A DNA stretch of 64,000 nt from Burkholderiales bacterium (GCA_036787045.1 DAIQQA010000007.1:1870-65869); one strand, 5' to 3'; positions 18,409-27,775 are shown, numbered from the stretch's first letter. Program-made: numbers and translations. Notes: generated from the sequence alone by a model not told the origin.

Positions 18409-21302
18409 TTCTGGTGTTCCGCACCAGGATCGTAGAAGGGCGTCTTCACCACAACAGCCTCGACCATCCGTCCGGCGTCGGCGCGGATATTGAACCGGGC
18501 GCCCTCATTGGCAAGCATCGGGGCTACGAAGGCCAGACCGACGTGGTGCCCCAGGCTCTCGCTGAAGCCGATGCTCGTCACGCGTCCGGCGATGTTGCCG
18601 TCGCGGATGACGAGATGAGATTCCTTGGGAGGCTCGCCGGACAATCCCTTGTCCAGCGCGAAGCCGACGAGCTTCTGCTTGCGCACCTGCGGCTGGATGA
18701 TGCGCAGGCTGCGCTGGCCGACGAAGAACGGCTTGTCCATTCGCACCACCCATTCCAGGGCAGCCTCGTAGGGCGTGGTCAGCCCGTCGGTGTCCTGGCC
18801 GATGATGATGTGGCCTTTCTCCAGCCGCAGCAGCCGCTGCGCTTCCACGCCGAAGGGACGGATACCGAGCTCCCCGCCGGCCTCTATCAGGGCGTCCCAC
18901 AGGTGCGCCGCATGCTCGGCGGGCGTGTGGAGCTCGTAGCCCAGCTCACCGACGAAGCCCACCCGCATCACGCGCACCGGCACGCCGGCCGCCGTGCCCT
19001 CGCGCACCGCGAGGTATGGAAAAGCCTCGCCGGACAGATCGATGGATGTCAACGGCGCGAGCGCCTCGCGCGACTTCGGCCCGGCGAGGTTCATGGCGGC
19101 GTAGGCGCCGGTGACGTTGACCACGCCGACCTGCATGCCCCACATCGTGTTCAGCCGCGTAAGCTCCCGATACACGGTGGCCGAGCCGGTGGTCGTCGTC
19201 GTGAAGTAGAAGTGTTGATCGGAGAGGCGGGCGACGACGCCGTCGTCGATCACGACGCCGCTCTCCTCGAGCATGACGGCGTAGCGCGTCATGCCGACTT
19301 TGAGGTTGGCGAACTTGCCCGTGTAGACCCGCTCGAGAAACGCTGCCGCATCGGCGCCGAACAGGTCCATCTTCCCCAGCGTGCCCACGTCGATGATGCC
19401 GAGCTGGCTGCGCACGGCACGCGCTTCTTCGCGCACACACTCTGCCTTACTGCTGCCAGGACGCGCGTAGAATTCCGGCCGCAGCCAGTTGCCCGCCTGC
19501 ATCCAGACTGCGCCTGCCGCCTCGTGCCGGCTGTGCATGGGCGTGCGCCGCATGGGGGTGAACCCGCGCCCGGCGAGATGCGACATGGGCACCGGATGAA
19601 AGAAGGGGCGCGCGGTGGTGGTGCCCACTTTCTCGATCGGCTCGCCACGGATCCTGGCAAGGATGCGCACCGCGTTCATGTTCGAGTGCTTACCCTGACT
19701 GGGGCCCATACCAACCGTGGAGTAGCGCTTCAGCAGCTCGATGTTGTCGAAGCCCTCCTGCGCCGCGTTGAAGAAATCCTTGAGCTGGAGATCCTCGTCG
19801 AAGTCGACGAAGTTCTTGCCGTCCGGGTGCGCGAAGCAGGGGTAGGGATGCGTGGGTGCGCGTGACTCCGGACGGGTGGAGGGCAGCGGTCCGGTGGACA
19901 GACCGATGTGCTGCGCCGCCTGCATGCCGGCGCGCTCGCCGTCGCGCAGCTTCTGGTCGAGATCGTAGATCCCGTTCAGCCGGCCCGCAGCGAACACGCC
20001 GGGCGGCAAAGAGGCTGACACGAACTGCTCGGTCGCGCTGTCGTATCGCATCCTGGCACCGGCCTGGTACAGCAGGTTCGCAGCCGGCGTGAAGCCCACG
20101 CTCATCAGGATCCCGTCGCAGGGGATGCTCTCCCGGCGCGACGCATTGGCCTCGCCGTTCGTGCCGAGCGGACAAACCACCGCCGCCGACACGCCGGCGC
20201 CTGAGCCAATCGCTTCGTAGATGCACGCGCCTTTCACCACGCGAATTCCGGCCTGCTCGACACGTGGCCCGGCCGGACCGCTCTCGCCTGCGGGTCTCAG
20301 GTCGACGACGCACGCGACCTTCACGCCCGCTTGGAGAAGATCCAGCGCAGCCTCGTAGCCCTCGCTGTTGGCAGCCAGCACCACCGCGGCATCCATGGGC
20401 TTGACCGCGTAGCGGTAGATCAGGCGCTGCGCGGCAGAACCGAGCATGACGCCCGGCAGGTCGTTGTTGCGGAACACGGCCGGCTGCTCGAACACCCCGC
20501 CGGCCATGACGACCGCGCGCGCGCGCAGTTTGGTCATGCGCCGTGGGTCGACCAGCGGCACCCAGTGGTCGGCGTAGTAGCCGGCCGCGCAGGTACCAGG
20601 TCGGATCTGCAGTGTCGGCAGAGAACGGGCCTCCTGCAGCAGCATGCCGAGCTTGCCCAGCGCATCCGCCGCGCCCCCGCGCGCATAGGTCAGGCTGCCG
20701 CCGGGGTGCGCGTTCTCGTCGGCGACAATTACGGTGGCCCCGGCCCTGGCCGCCGCGATCGCTGCGGCGAGGCCCGTCGGTCCCGCGCCGATCACCAGCA
20801 CGTCGCAGAAGTCGTAGCGCTTGGCGGTGACGAGCCGTGGCGCATCGAATTTGACCTTGCCCAATCCGGTCATGAAACGGAAAAAGCGCTCCCAGGTCGG
20901 CGCGAGCGCCTTGGGGCTGTGGAAGGTCTTGTAGTAAAAGCCGACAGGCAGCACTGCGGAGACCTTGTCCACGATCCTCGCGCGGTCGCCCCTCACCCCG
21001 CCGCCGAACGTGTTGACCGCCGAGACGTCCATCCCGTCGCGCAGCGGCGTGACGTCCGCTCGCAGGTTGATGTGGGCGCGGTCCTCGACCAGCGCATTGA
21101 CGTCATGGTTGGCCAAGGACAGCACCCCCCGCGCACGGTGGTACTTGAAGCTGCGGCCGAGCACCTTGATGCCCGATGCGAGCAGTGCGCTGCTGATCAC
21201 GTCGCCGGCGAATCCGGTGTAGGTGCGGCCTTCGAAGCGGAAGGTGAGCTCCTGCGAGCGGTCGAGCCACTCGCCTGCGACTGGTGGCAGCCGGCTGGTC
21301 AT
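18405..21302 (-). CDS. Sarcosine-oxidase alpha-subunit-like protein (SoxA/MgdC-like; NAD/FAD fold plus GcvT-type folate domain)
   Basis: 965 aa. N-terminus LTFRFEGRTYTGFAGDVISSALLASG, dinucleotide fold DVLVIGAGPTGLAAAIAAARAG, and a C-terminal aminomethyltransferase-like domain (GELGYELH...). Confidence 0.9.
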   Translation of the reverse strand: MTSRLPPVAGEWLDRSQELTFRFEGRTYTGFAGDVISSALLASGIKVLGRSFKYHRARGVLSLANHDVNALVEDRAHINLRADVTPLRDGMDVSAVNTFGGGVRGDRARIVDKVSAVLPVGFYYKTFHSPKALAPTWERFFRFMTGLGKVKFDAPRLVTAKRYDFCDVLVIGAGPTGLAAAIAAARAGATVIVADENAHPGGSLTYARGGAADALGKLGMLLQEARSLPTLQIRPGTCAAGYYADHWVPLVDPRRMTKLRARAVVMAGGVFEQPAVFRNNDLPGVMLGSAAQRLIYRYAVKPMDAAVVLAANSEGYEAALDLLQAGVKVACVVDLRPAGESGPAGPRVEQAGIRVVKGACIYEAIGSGAGVSAAVVCPLGTNGEANASRRESIPCDGILMSVGFTPAANLLYQAGARMRYDSATEQFVSASLPPGVFAAGRLNGIYDLDQKLRDGERAGMQAAQHIGLSTGPLPSTRPESRAPTHPYPCFAHPDGKNFVDFDEDLQLKDFFNAAQEGFDNIELLKRYSTVGMGPSQGKHSNMNAVRILARIRGEPIEKVGTTTARPFFHPVPMSHLAGRGFTPMRRTPMHSRHEAAGAVWMQAGNWLRPEFYARPGSSKAECVREEARAVRSQLGIIDVGTLGKMDLFGADAAAFLERVYTGKFANLKVGMTRYAVMLEESGVVIDDGVVARLSDQHFYFTTTTTGSATVYRELTRLNTMWGMQVGVVNVTGAYAAMNLAGPKSREALAPLTSIDLSGEAFPYLAVREGTAAGVPVRVMRVGFVGELGYELHTPAEHAAHLWDALIEAGGELGIRPFGVEAQRLLRLEKGHIIIGQDTDGLTTPYEAALEWVVRMDKPFFVGQRSLRIIQPQVRKQKLVGFALDKGLSGEPPKESHLVIRDGNIAGRVTSIGFSESLGHHVGLAFVAPMLANEGARFNIRADAGRMVEAVVVKTPFYDPGAEHQK

Positions 21303-21319
21303 CGCCCCCCACCCCCAAA

Positions 21320-21500
21320 CCTCTCACCACGAAGACACGAAGACACGAAGGAAGACAAGAACGGATGAGCAGAAAACACCGCATGCGGCTGGGTTGCGGG
21401 TAGACACGCCGGATGCAATCGCCCACGCGATCCTTGACGCAACCCGCTGACCGACTCCATTCTGTTTTTCTTCGTGTCTTCGTGTCTTCGTGGTGAGCGG
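21320..21500. repeat. Foldback-like element C (CACGAAG subfamily)
   Basis: Left arm 21320-21357: CCTCTCACC-ACGAAGAC-ACGAAGAC-ACGAAGGAAG. Right arm 21465-21500: TTTTTCTTCGTGTCTTCGTGTCTTCGTGGTGAGCGG, with 3 of 3 units matching. Unique core of about 105 bp. Lies between the soxD-like stop and the soxA-like start. Confidence 0.9.
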
Positions 21501-21507
21501 TTGTCGT

Positions 21508-21762
21508 TCATCCCTCACCCCACAGATACGTCCGCACCACCCGATCGGCAGCCGTATCGCGCTCGGCGATGAACCACACACCGCTGGCGAGGTGACACCA
21601 CCACTCCTTCTTGATGCCGGGCGAGCCGTTGCGGTTGAAGACGTAGTCGGCCCACTGCTCGTCGGTGCAGGTGTCCGGGTCAGGCATGGGGCGCACTTCG
21701 CCGGCGTAGGCGAACTCCGACACCGGGCGGGGGCCGTTGATCGGGCAGGTCATTATTTTCAT
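21508..21762 (-). CDS. Sarcosine-oxidase delta-subunit-like protein (SoxD/MgdB-like)
   Basis: 84 aa. MKIMTCPINGPRPVSEFAYAGE ... parallels the SoxD N-terminus (LIxCPxCGPRxxxEFxxGGE). Confidence 0.85.
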   Translation of the reverse strand: MKIMTCPINGPRPVSEFAYAGEVRPMPDPDTCTDEQWADYVFNRNGSPGIKKEWWCHLASGVWFIAERDTAADRVVRTYLWGEG

Positions 21763-21788
21763 TCTGGTACTACTTCAGTCGACTACTT

Positions 21789-22144
21789 CTCAACCCAAAT
21801 GCCCAAAGTCCGCAAAGGGCGCAAAGGAAACGCAGTTCAGTGAAGCCATACGGTCACTGCCGTGCCTGCGAGCAGTACACACCTGGTCACGCATCCCGGC
21901 AGCACGGCACAACAGTGCCCGCCTGAGTGGCTCAGCGGGTCGCTCTGGGGCTGGATCGAGAAGCACCCTTCGTTTGTCTACACCTCACCCCCCGCCTCCG
22001 GCAAGGGAAAGGGCGCCTCGCCTGCCAGGCTTCCGGCTAATGGAAGCGCCGATCGCTTTCCTTTGCGGACCTCTGCACCTCTGCATTGAGATCTTTCTGT
22101 TTTCTCTTTGCGCCCTTTGCGTCCTTTGCGCCTCTGCGTTGAGG
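21789..22144. repeat. Composite foldback-like element D (GCAAAGG/GCAGAGG subfamilies, nested)
   Basis: Left arm 21789-21835: CTCAAC-CCAAATGC-CCAAAGTCC-GCAAAGGGC-GCAAAGGAAAC. Two tandem right arms: 22055-22090 (..CCTTTGCGGACCTCTGCACCTCTGCATTGAG) and 22094-22144 (..CTCTTTGCGCCCTTTGCGTCCTTTGCGCCTCTGCGTTGAGG). Possible degenerate inner left arm / REP-like piece at 21983-22018. Confidence 0.8.
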
Positions 22145-22155
22145 TGTAAACGCTG

Positions 22156-24696
22156 TCAGGCAGCATCGGGCACGCGATTCATTCCAGCGAGCGGCACGCC
22201 GGTGGCGCGCGCAGTCGCGATCGTGATCGAGCGCAGGTCCTCCGGCTCCAGGTTCTGCACGTTCGTTTTGCCCGTGCACCGGGCCATGATCGAGCACTCC
22301 TCCCGCAGCGCGCGCAGGTAGGAGGCCGCGCGGTCGCGGCGCTCCTCGTCATCGACGTCGGAGTAGAACTGCAGGCCATCGCCTTCCACCACACCGCCTA
22401 CGGCAAAACCCATCCCGGCGCCGACTACGACCGCCTTGCAGCCGAGGCTGACGACCTTGGCCACATCGGTGCCGGAACGGATGCCGCCGAAGTAGAGCAG
22501 GTCGATGTCCTCCTCGCGGTTCATCCGGCGCAGGATCCTTACGGCGTCGCGCATCACCGAGAGATCGGGATGGCCGCCAAGCTCGCCCCACGGCTCGTCC
22601 ATCCGGCCCGACCCGGAAAGCACCAGCAGGTCGAGCTTGTGCTCGAGCGCGAACGGAATCGCGCGCTCGAGATCGTCGGGCCCTGCGACCAGGCCACAGA
22701 GTTGTGCAGCGCGTGCCCGCTGCGGGTCGAAGCTGCGGAAGTCGCCGGGCGTGACATGCACGACGCCCAACGCATCCGGATCGGGCGAGTCCTCGCCCGC
22801 CACAGCCAGCTGGATCCAAGGCGTGGCGGCATCCGGGCAACTGCGGCCCAGGTAGGCCACGCCGGTCTCGCGCACACCGTGCTCGACTGCCTCGCGCACC
22901 TGCTCGGGGACATCGTCGAAGCCGGTGACCAGATAGGGAAGCTCGAGCTTGACGCGATCCGCGAGTGTGACTGACACCGTGCAAGCGTCCCGATACGGGT
23001 CGATCACCAGACGCGACAGGTTGGCCGGCAGGAAGACCAGATCGTCGAGCGTCGGTGGCCGGCCTTCGGGGAACGGGTTGGGCCGCTTCTTGAGGCGTTT
23101 GTGCAGCATCGCAGTCTGGGTCGCCGCGTCGAGCGAGTTGGTGCGCGCCATCACGAAGATGTCCTCGCGCGTGCGCACATCGTAGTTGGCGGTGCCGGTC
23201 TCGGCGTCGCAGCGGTAGCAGCGTGCGGCCTCCGCGCGTGCTTCCGCTTCGCCGTAGGTCGACTCGATCTCCGGGAACTGCACCGGGTTCTTGCCCAGTC
23301 CGTGGAAGGGCTGGTGCTGGCGGTTGATCACCTCCCACTCCGGGTCCTGCGCGGGTGCCACCCGACGCGTGCGGTAGGGAGTGCGATAGGGCACCGGCTC
23401 CTTGCGTCCGTCGAGAAACGCCTTGATGTAGTAGGCCACGCGATGCCCGTGCTGCATGGCCATCACGATGGTCGAGCCGCCGAAGGCGCCGTCGCCCGCG
23501 GCGAATACCTTGGGATCCGACGTGCGCATGCTGCTCCACTGCGTGCGCACACGGTCGACGTTCATCAGCCCGCGGCTGTCCAGTTCCTCGCACTCCGCCT
23601 TCTGGCCGACCGCCAGGATCACCAGGCCGCAATGCAGGTCGTGCTCGCTGCCTAGGATGTTTTCGGCCTGACGGCGGCCATCCTTCCCTGGCGCACCAAG
23701 CTGGGTCAGCATGCAGCGCAGCGCATAGCCCCGATCGGTGTCGAGGGCGGCGATGGGCTGGGTGTTGTAGATGAACTCGATGCCTTCCTTGAGCGCACCC
23801 TCCAACTCATCGCGGCGCGCGGGGATCTCCTTCGGACCACGGCGGTAAGCCACCGTGACATGCTTGCAGCCGGGCAGACGCCGCGCTGCACGGCAGGCAT
23901 CCATCGCTACGTCACCGCCGCCGACCACGATGACCTTCTCGGGCATGTGCGGCCGCTCGCCGGCATTGATCCGGCGCAGGAAGCCTACGCCATCCACCAC
24001 ACGGGGATCGTCGGCGCCCTGCATGTCCATGGACTTGCCCCACCAGGAGCCGATCGCCAGCAGCACTGCATCGTGGCGCGATTTCAGCTCGTCCAGGGTC
24101 ACATCCCGGCCCAGTGCGGTGTTGAGGTGCACCTTGATGCCCGGGCAGTGGTTGAGCATGCGCTGGGTGTCTTCCTCGATGATGCCGGGCGGAAGGCGGA
24201 AGGCGGGAATGCCCCATACCATCATGCCGCCGAGGCGGTCGGTCATCTCGTAGACGTGGACCTGGAACCCTGCTTCGGCCAGATCCTGCGCGGCGGTGAG
24301 TCCCGCCGGGCCGGACCCGACGATGCCGATGGTCTCCTTGCGCGTCACCGGCACCGGCGGCACGTGATAGCTCTTGCCGAGCTTGTCCATCACGTATCGC
24401 TTCAGGTTGCGGATGGCGATCGGGCCGTCGCTGTCGGTGCGCCGGCAGGCCGGCTCGCAGGGCGCGTCGCACACCCGCCCGCAGATCGAGCTGAACGGAT
24501 TGGTGGCGGTGATCGCCTCGAAGGCCTTTTCGATCTGGCCTTCCCAGATGTACGCGATATAGGACGGTGCGTCGGTGCCGATCGGGCAGGCGACCTGGCA
24601 GGGTGCCGGGACGAAGTTGACGTCGTCGATGTCTTCGCTGAACCCCTCGGGGGTGGGGCCCGGGTCGATGCGGTGGATGTCGTAAACGGAGCTCAT
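22156..24696 (-). CDS. Fusion protein: GltD-like NAD(P)H-dependent Fe-S flavoprotein plus C-terminal glutamate-synthase FMN-barrel-like domain
   Basis: 846 aa. N-terminal ~470 aa carry GltD hallmarks (CQVACPIGTD, CGRVCDAPCEPACRR, IGIVGSGPAGLTAAQDLAEAG, VIVVGGGDVAMDACRAA, VFAAGDGAFGGSTIV). The C-terminal ~330 aa resemble a GltB FMN domain (LDLLVLSGSG..., LLYFGGIRSGTDVAKVVSLGCKAVVVGAG) but lack the GGTGA-type motif. Confidence 0.8.
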   Translation of the reverse strand: MSSVYDIHRIDPGPTPEGFSEDIDDVNFVPAPCQVACPIGTDAPSYIAYIWEGQIEKAFEAITATNPFSSICGRVCDAPCEPACRRTDSDGPIAIRNLKRYVMDKLGKSYHVPPVPVTRKETIGIVGSGPAGLTAAQDLAEAGFQVHVYEMTDRLGGMMVWGIPAFRLPPGIIEEDTQRMLNHCPGIKVHLNTALGRDVTLDELKSRHDAVLLAIGSWWGKSMDMQGADDPRVVDGVGFLRRINAGERPHMPEKVIVVGGGDVAMDACRAARRLPGCKHVTVAYRRGPKEIPARRDELEGALKEGIEFIYNTQPIAALDTDRGYALRCMLTQLGAPGKDGRRQAENILGSEHDLHCGLVILAVGQKAECEELDSRGLMNVDRVRTQWSSMRTSDPKVFAAGDGAFGGSTIVMAMQHGHRVAYYIKAFLDGRKEPVPYRTPYRTRRVAPAQDPEWEVINRQHQPFHGLGKNPVQFPEIESTYGEAEARAEAARCYRCDAETGTANYDVRTREDIFVMARTNSLDAATQTAMLHKRLKKRPNPFPEGRPPTLDDLVFLPANLSRLVIDPYRDACTVSVTLADRVKLELPYLVTGFDDVPEQVREAVEHGVRETGVAYLGRSCPDAATPWIQLAVAGEDSPDPDALGVVHVTPGDFRSFDPQRARAAQLCGLVAGPDDLERAIPFALEHKLDLLVLSGSGRMDEPWGELGGHPDLSVMRDAVRILRRMNREEDIDLLYFGGIRSGTDVAKVVSLGCKAVVVGAGMGFAVGGVVEGDGLQFYSDVDDEERRDRAASYLRALREECSIMARCTGKTNVQNLEPEDLRSITIATARATGVPLAGMNRVPDAA

Positions 24697-24725
24697 TCGA
24701 GTGCCAGTAGCGCAGAAACCCCTAA

Positions 24726-24909
24726 CCTCTCACCACGAAGGCACGAAGACACGAAGGAAAGACACTAATAATAAGAAGAGCGCGTTCCTCGATTAGGAGC
24801 CGCGAGCGCGACACCGATCGTATTGTTCTCCCACGTTTGACTTCCACCGTGTCCTCCTTGGTCTAGCTTTTGTTACTGAGGTTTTCTTCGTGTCTTCGTG
24901 GTGAGAGGT
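24726..24909. repeat. Foldback-like element E (CACGAAG subfamily)
   Basis: Left arm 24726-24761: CCTCTCACC-ACGAAGGC-ACGAAGAC-ACGAAGGAAAG. Right arm 24881-24909: GTTTTCTTCGTGTCTTCGTGGTGAGAGGT (2 units). The inverted repeat extends outward (CCCCTAA.. / ..TAGGGG). The unique core is AT-richer than its surroundings. Confidence 0.9.
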
Positions 24910-24926
24910 AGGGGTAGCTCCTCGCC

Positions 24927-26882
24927 TTAGGAAGCCTTCCGGTAGGGCGCCTGCTCGCGCAGCTCGGGGGCGTAAGGCAGACGCGTGATCGCAGCGGCTT
25001 CGGGCGTCAGAGCAACCAAGTCGTCGCGGCTCAGCTGGTGCACGTCCGCATGGCCTAGTGCGTGGGTGATCGCGGCGAGCTGCCAGCGCACCGACTCGAG
25101 GTAGCGATGGATGTTCTGCGCCTCGACCGGCACGTTGTAGCGCTTCTCGTGCTCGGGATCCTGGGTGGCGATGCCCACCACGCACTGGCCGACGTGGCAC
25201 TGCAGGCAGGCGATGCATCCGCCGGCGATAATCGCGCCCGTGCCGAGCGCCACGGCATGCGCGCCCAACGCGATGGCCTTCGCCGCATCAACGCCGTCCT
25301 TGATGCCACCCATCAGGAGAATCGGCATCTTGCCGGTCGCGCCCAGCTCGGCCAGCGCGTCCATCGCCTCCTGGATGGCGGCCAGCGTAGGAATGCCCAC
25401 GTACTCCAGCACTTCGTGCGAGGCCGCTCCGGTCGAGCCCTGCAGGCCGTCCAGCTCGACGAAATCGAAGCCGTCCTTGTAGGCGATCTTGATGTCGTCA
25501 CGCACCCTGCCCGCACCCAGTTTCACCGACACCGGGATGCGATAGCTGGTGGCCTCGCGGAACTCCTCGACCTTGATCACCAGGTCATCTGCGCCCAGCA
25601 CGTCGGGGTGACGTGAGGGCGAGCGCAGGTCGATGCCCTCGGGAATGCCCCGGATGCGGGCGATCTCCTTGGTCACCTTCTTGGCCATGAGCTGACCGCC
25701 CAGCCCCGGCTTGGCCCCCTGCGAGATGTAGATCTCCAGCCCGTTCGCGCGACGCATGTCGTGGATGTTCCACCCCAGGCGGCCGGACAGGCACTGGTAG
25801 ATGATCTGATCGGCCTCGCGGCGCTGCTCGTCCGACATCCCGCCCTCGCCCGTGTTCTCGGAAACGCCGGATAAGCGTGAAGCGATGGCGAGCGCGATCT
25901 TGGTGGACTTGGACAGCGCCCCGTAGCTCATCGGCGCGATCGTCACCGGCATGCTCAACCGCAGTGGGACGGCACCGGTGCGGCCGCCGACCTCGGTCTT
26001 GAGGTTGACCTTGGCAACGACGTCCCGGTCGAGCTGGATTCCGGAGAGGTCCTTGCGGAAGGCGATATCGGTGAGATGTGGCAGGGCGCGCGACGCGCCG
26101 TAGCCGCGGATTCGGTAGCGCCCGATGCGCGAGCGGATGAAGATGTCCTCCTGGACCTTCGGGTTCCAGTAGCCGGACTGGCTGCCGGAGGCCATGAAGA
26201 AGGGGCCCTGGCGTACGCGCGGTTCGGTGCGCGGGTAGCGCAGCTTCTTCCCGGCGTTGACGATTTTCTGGAACGACCCGCTGTAGGAGATGTTGTAGCG
26301 GTCCAGGAACGCAAGCAGATCGTCCCGTTCGGCCGCCGGCAGGTCGATGAGCTGGGCATCGGTGCCGAGCGAGTTCACCTTGCCGCCGACGTAGATCGTG
26401 CCGCCGGTCATGTCCTGGCCGACCTGCGCGCCGGACTCGCCGAGGATCACGATGCGCCCGCCGTACATCATGTAGCCGGCCATGAAGTTGGCGTTGCCGC
26501 AGCACAGCAGGGTGCCTTCTTTCATCACCTGGCCGGCGCGTGAGCCGATGTTGCCCTTGACGACCACCTCGGCGCCGCGGATGGCCACACCGGCGATGGC
26601 GCCGGCATTGCCGTTGACCACGATCGAGCCCTTGAGCATGTTGTCGGCCAAGCCCCAGCCGACATTGGCATCGACCTCGAAGCGCGGCCCGTCGGTCAGC
26701 CCGGCGCAGAAGTAGCCCGCCGAGCCGCGGATGCGGACCTGGATGGGATGGACGAGTCCGACCCCGATGTGGTGGCGCGCGTCGGGATTGAGAATCTCGA
26801 CGTCCTCGCCATCCTCGCCGTAGCGGCGAAGCAGCTCGTTGGCCTCGCGTACCGGCAGTTGGGCTAGATCGATCGACGCCAT
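24927..26882 (-). CDS. Fusion of glutamate-synthase GXGXG domain and FMN-binding glutamate-synthase domain (MgsB-MgsC-like / GlxC-GlxD-like)
   Basis: 651 aa. N-terminal beta-helix GXGXG repeats (GSAGYFCAGL, GNAGAIAGV, GNIGSRAGQ, GNANFMAGY, GESGAQVGQ). The C-terminal FMN barrel has SQGAKPGLGGQL, LQGSTGAAS, LLMGGIKDGVDAAKAIALGA and CIACLQCHVGQC. Confidence 0.85.
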   Translation of the reverse strand: MASIDLAQLPVREANELLRRYGEDGEDVEILNPDARHHIGVGLVHPIQVRIRGSAGYFCAGLTDGPRFEVDANVGWGLADNMLKGSIVVNGNAGAIAGVAIRGAEVVVKGNIGSRAGQVMKEGTLLCCGNANFMAGYMMYGGRIVILGESGAQVGQDMTGGTIYVGGKVNSLGTDAQLIDLPAAERDDLLAFLDRYNISYSGSFQKIVNAGKKLRYPRTEPRVRQGPFFMASGSQSGYWNPKVQEDIFIRSRIGRYRIRGYGASRALPHLTDIAFRKDLSGIQLDRDVVAKVNLKTEVGGRTGAVPLRLSMPVTIAPMSYGALSKSTKIALAIASRLSGVSENTGEGGMSDEQRREADQIIYQCLSGRLGWNIHDMRRANGLEIYISQGAKPGLGGQLMAKKVTKEIARIRGIPEGIDLRSPSRHPDVLGADDLVIKVEEFREATSYRIPVSVKLGAGRVRDDIKIAYKDGFDFVELDGLQGSTGAASHEVLEYVGIPTLAAIQEAMDALAELGATGKMPILLMGGIKDGVDAAKAIALGAHAVALGTGAIIAGGCIACLQCHVGQCVVGIATQDPEHEKRYNVPVEAQNIHRYLESVRWQLAAITHALGHADVHQLSRDDLVALTPEAAAITRLPYAPELREQAPYRKAS

Positions 26883-27775
26883 GTGCGGTAGGTCCCTGGC
26901 GGAGGTTCGGTGGTGTTGAGGGCCTGGCCCGGGAACAGACGGTTGAGCGACACCTCCTCGGAGGCGATCGCGATGAGATCGTCGGTCTCCACCATCACCA
27001 TGGGCTTGGCCGCCAGGTGATCCTTGGCGAAGCCGATCTCGTCCTTGGTCGACACGAGGAAGGAGAAAGTGCCGTCGAGGTCCTCGATGGAGTCCTTGAG
27101 CGCCTGCTCCAGCGTGCAGCCCTGGGACAGCTTGTCGGCCAGGTAGACTGCGATCAGCTCGCTGTCGTTGCTGGTGTTGAAGGCGAAGCCGCGCTTTTCC
27201 AGCCGGCGGCGCATCTTGTAGTAGTTGGTGATCTGGCCGTTGTGCACGATCGCCACGTCGGAGAAGCCGGTTGCCCAGAACGGGTGCGAGGCATCGGCGC
27301 TCACGTCCGATTCCGTGGCGAGCCGCACGTGGCCGATGCCGTGCGTGCCGTGGAACTCGCGCACGTGGTAAGCGTCGTCGACGTCGTGCGCGCCGCCGAG
27401 GTCCTTGACGATGTCCAGGCTCTCGCCGATGGAGAACAGCTTGGCGGCGCGCTCCATGTCGTAGGAGAGCTTCTGCACGTCGCCGTCGAAGTGGACGTTC
27501 ACACTGTAGCTGGTTCCCGCGCGCTCCTCCTTGAGGATATGCGCGCGATGCTCTGCCAGCTTGGCGTGGATCTTCTCGATGGCCGCGTCAGCCTCCTCGC
27601 GCGTGCCGACGAAGAAGCGCAGGCGCATCTCGCCGGGATGCGTCTCGTGGTAGAGCGCGAAGCCGGTCGAGTCCGGCCCGCGATGCTGGCAGCCGTCCAG
27701 CATGCTGATGAGCGCCTTGCCCACCTGCGCCTGCGCGCCGTTGCGCTTGTACATGATGCCCGCTATGCCGCACAT
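26864..27775 (-). CDS. Class II (Ntn) glutamine amidotransferase, GltB-domain-1-like (MgsA/GlxB-like)
   Basis: 303 aa. N-terminal MCGIAGI has the nucleophile Cys directly after Met. HVRLATES and NGQITNY motifs. The 3' end overlaps the next gene by 19 nt. Confidence 0.85.
   Translation of the reverse strand: MCGIAGIMYKRNGAQAQVGKALISMLDGCQHRGPDSTGFALYHETHPGEMRLRFFVGTREEADAAIEKIHAKLAEHRAHILKEERAGTSYSVNVHFDGDVQKLSYDMERAAKLFSIGESLDIVKDLGGAHDVDDAYHVREFHGTHGIGHVRLATESDVSADASHPFWATGFSDVAIVHNGQITNYYKMRRRLEKRGFAFNTSNDSELIAVYLADKLSQGCTLEQALKDSIEDLDGTFSFLVSTKDEIGFAKDHLAAKPMVMVETDDLIAIASEEVSLNRLFPGQALNTTEPPPGTYRTWRRSI

Noticed and set aside
21320-21500. CRISPR-like interpretation of the short tandem repeats
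   Set aside because: The units are 7-9 nt, directly contiguous with no spacers, and only 2-4 copies long. They occur as inverted rather than direct arrays. No cas genes are present in the window.
24762-24880. Core-encoded micro-proteins (ME-initiated ORFs in B, C, E and F)
   Set aside because: The ORFs share no sequence beyond the first two residues and end inside repeat arms. They are absent or immediately stopped in A and G, and their codon bias is weaker than in the confident genes. Kept only as a low-interest note.
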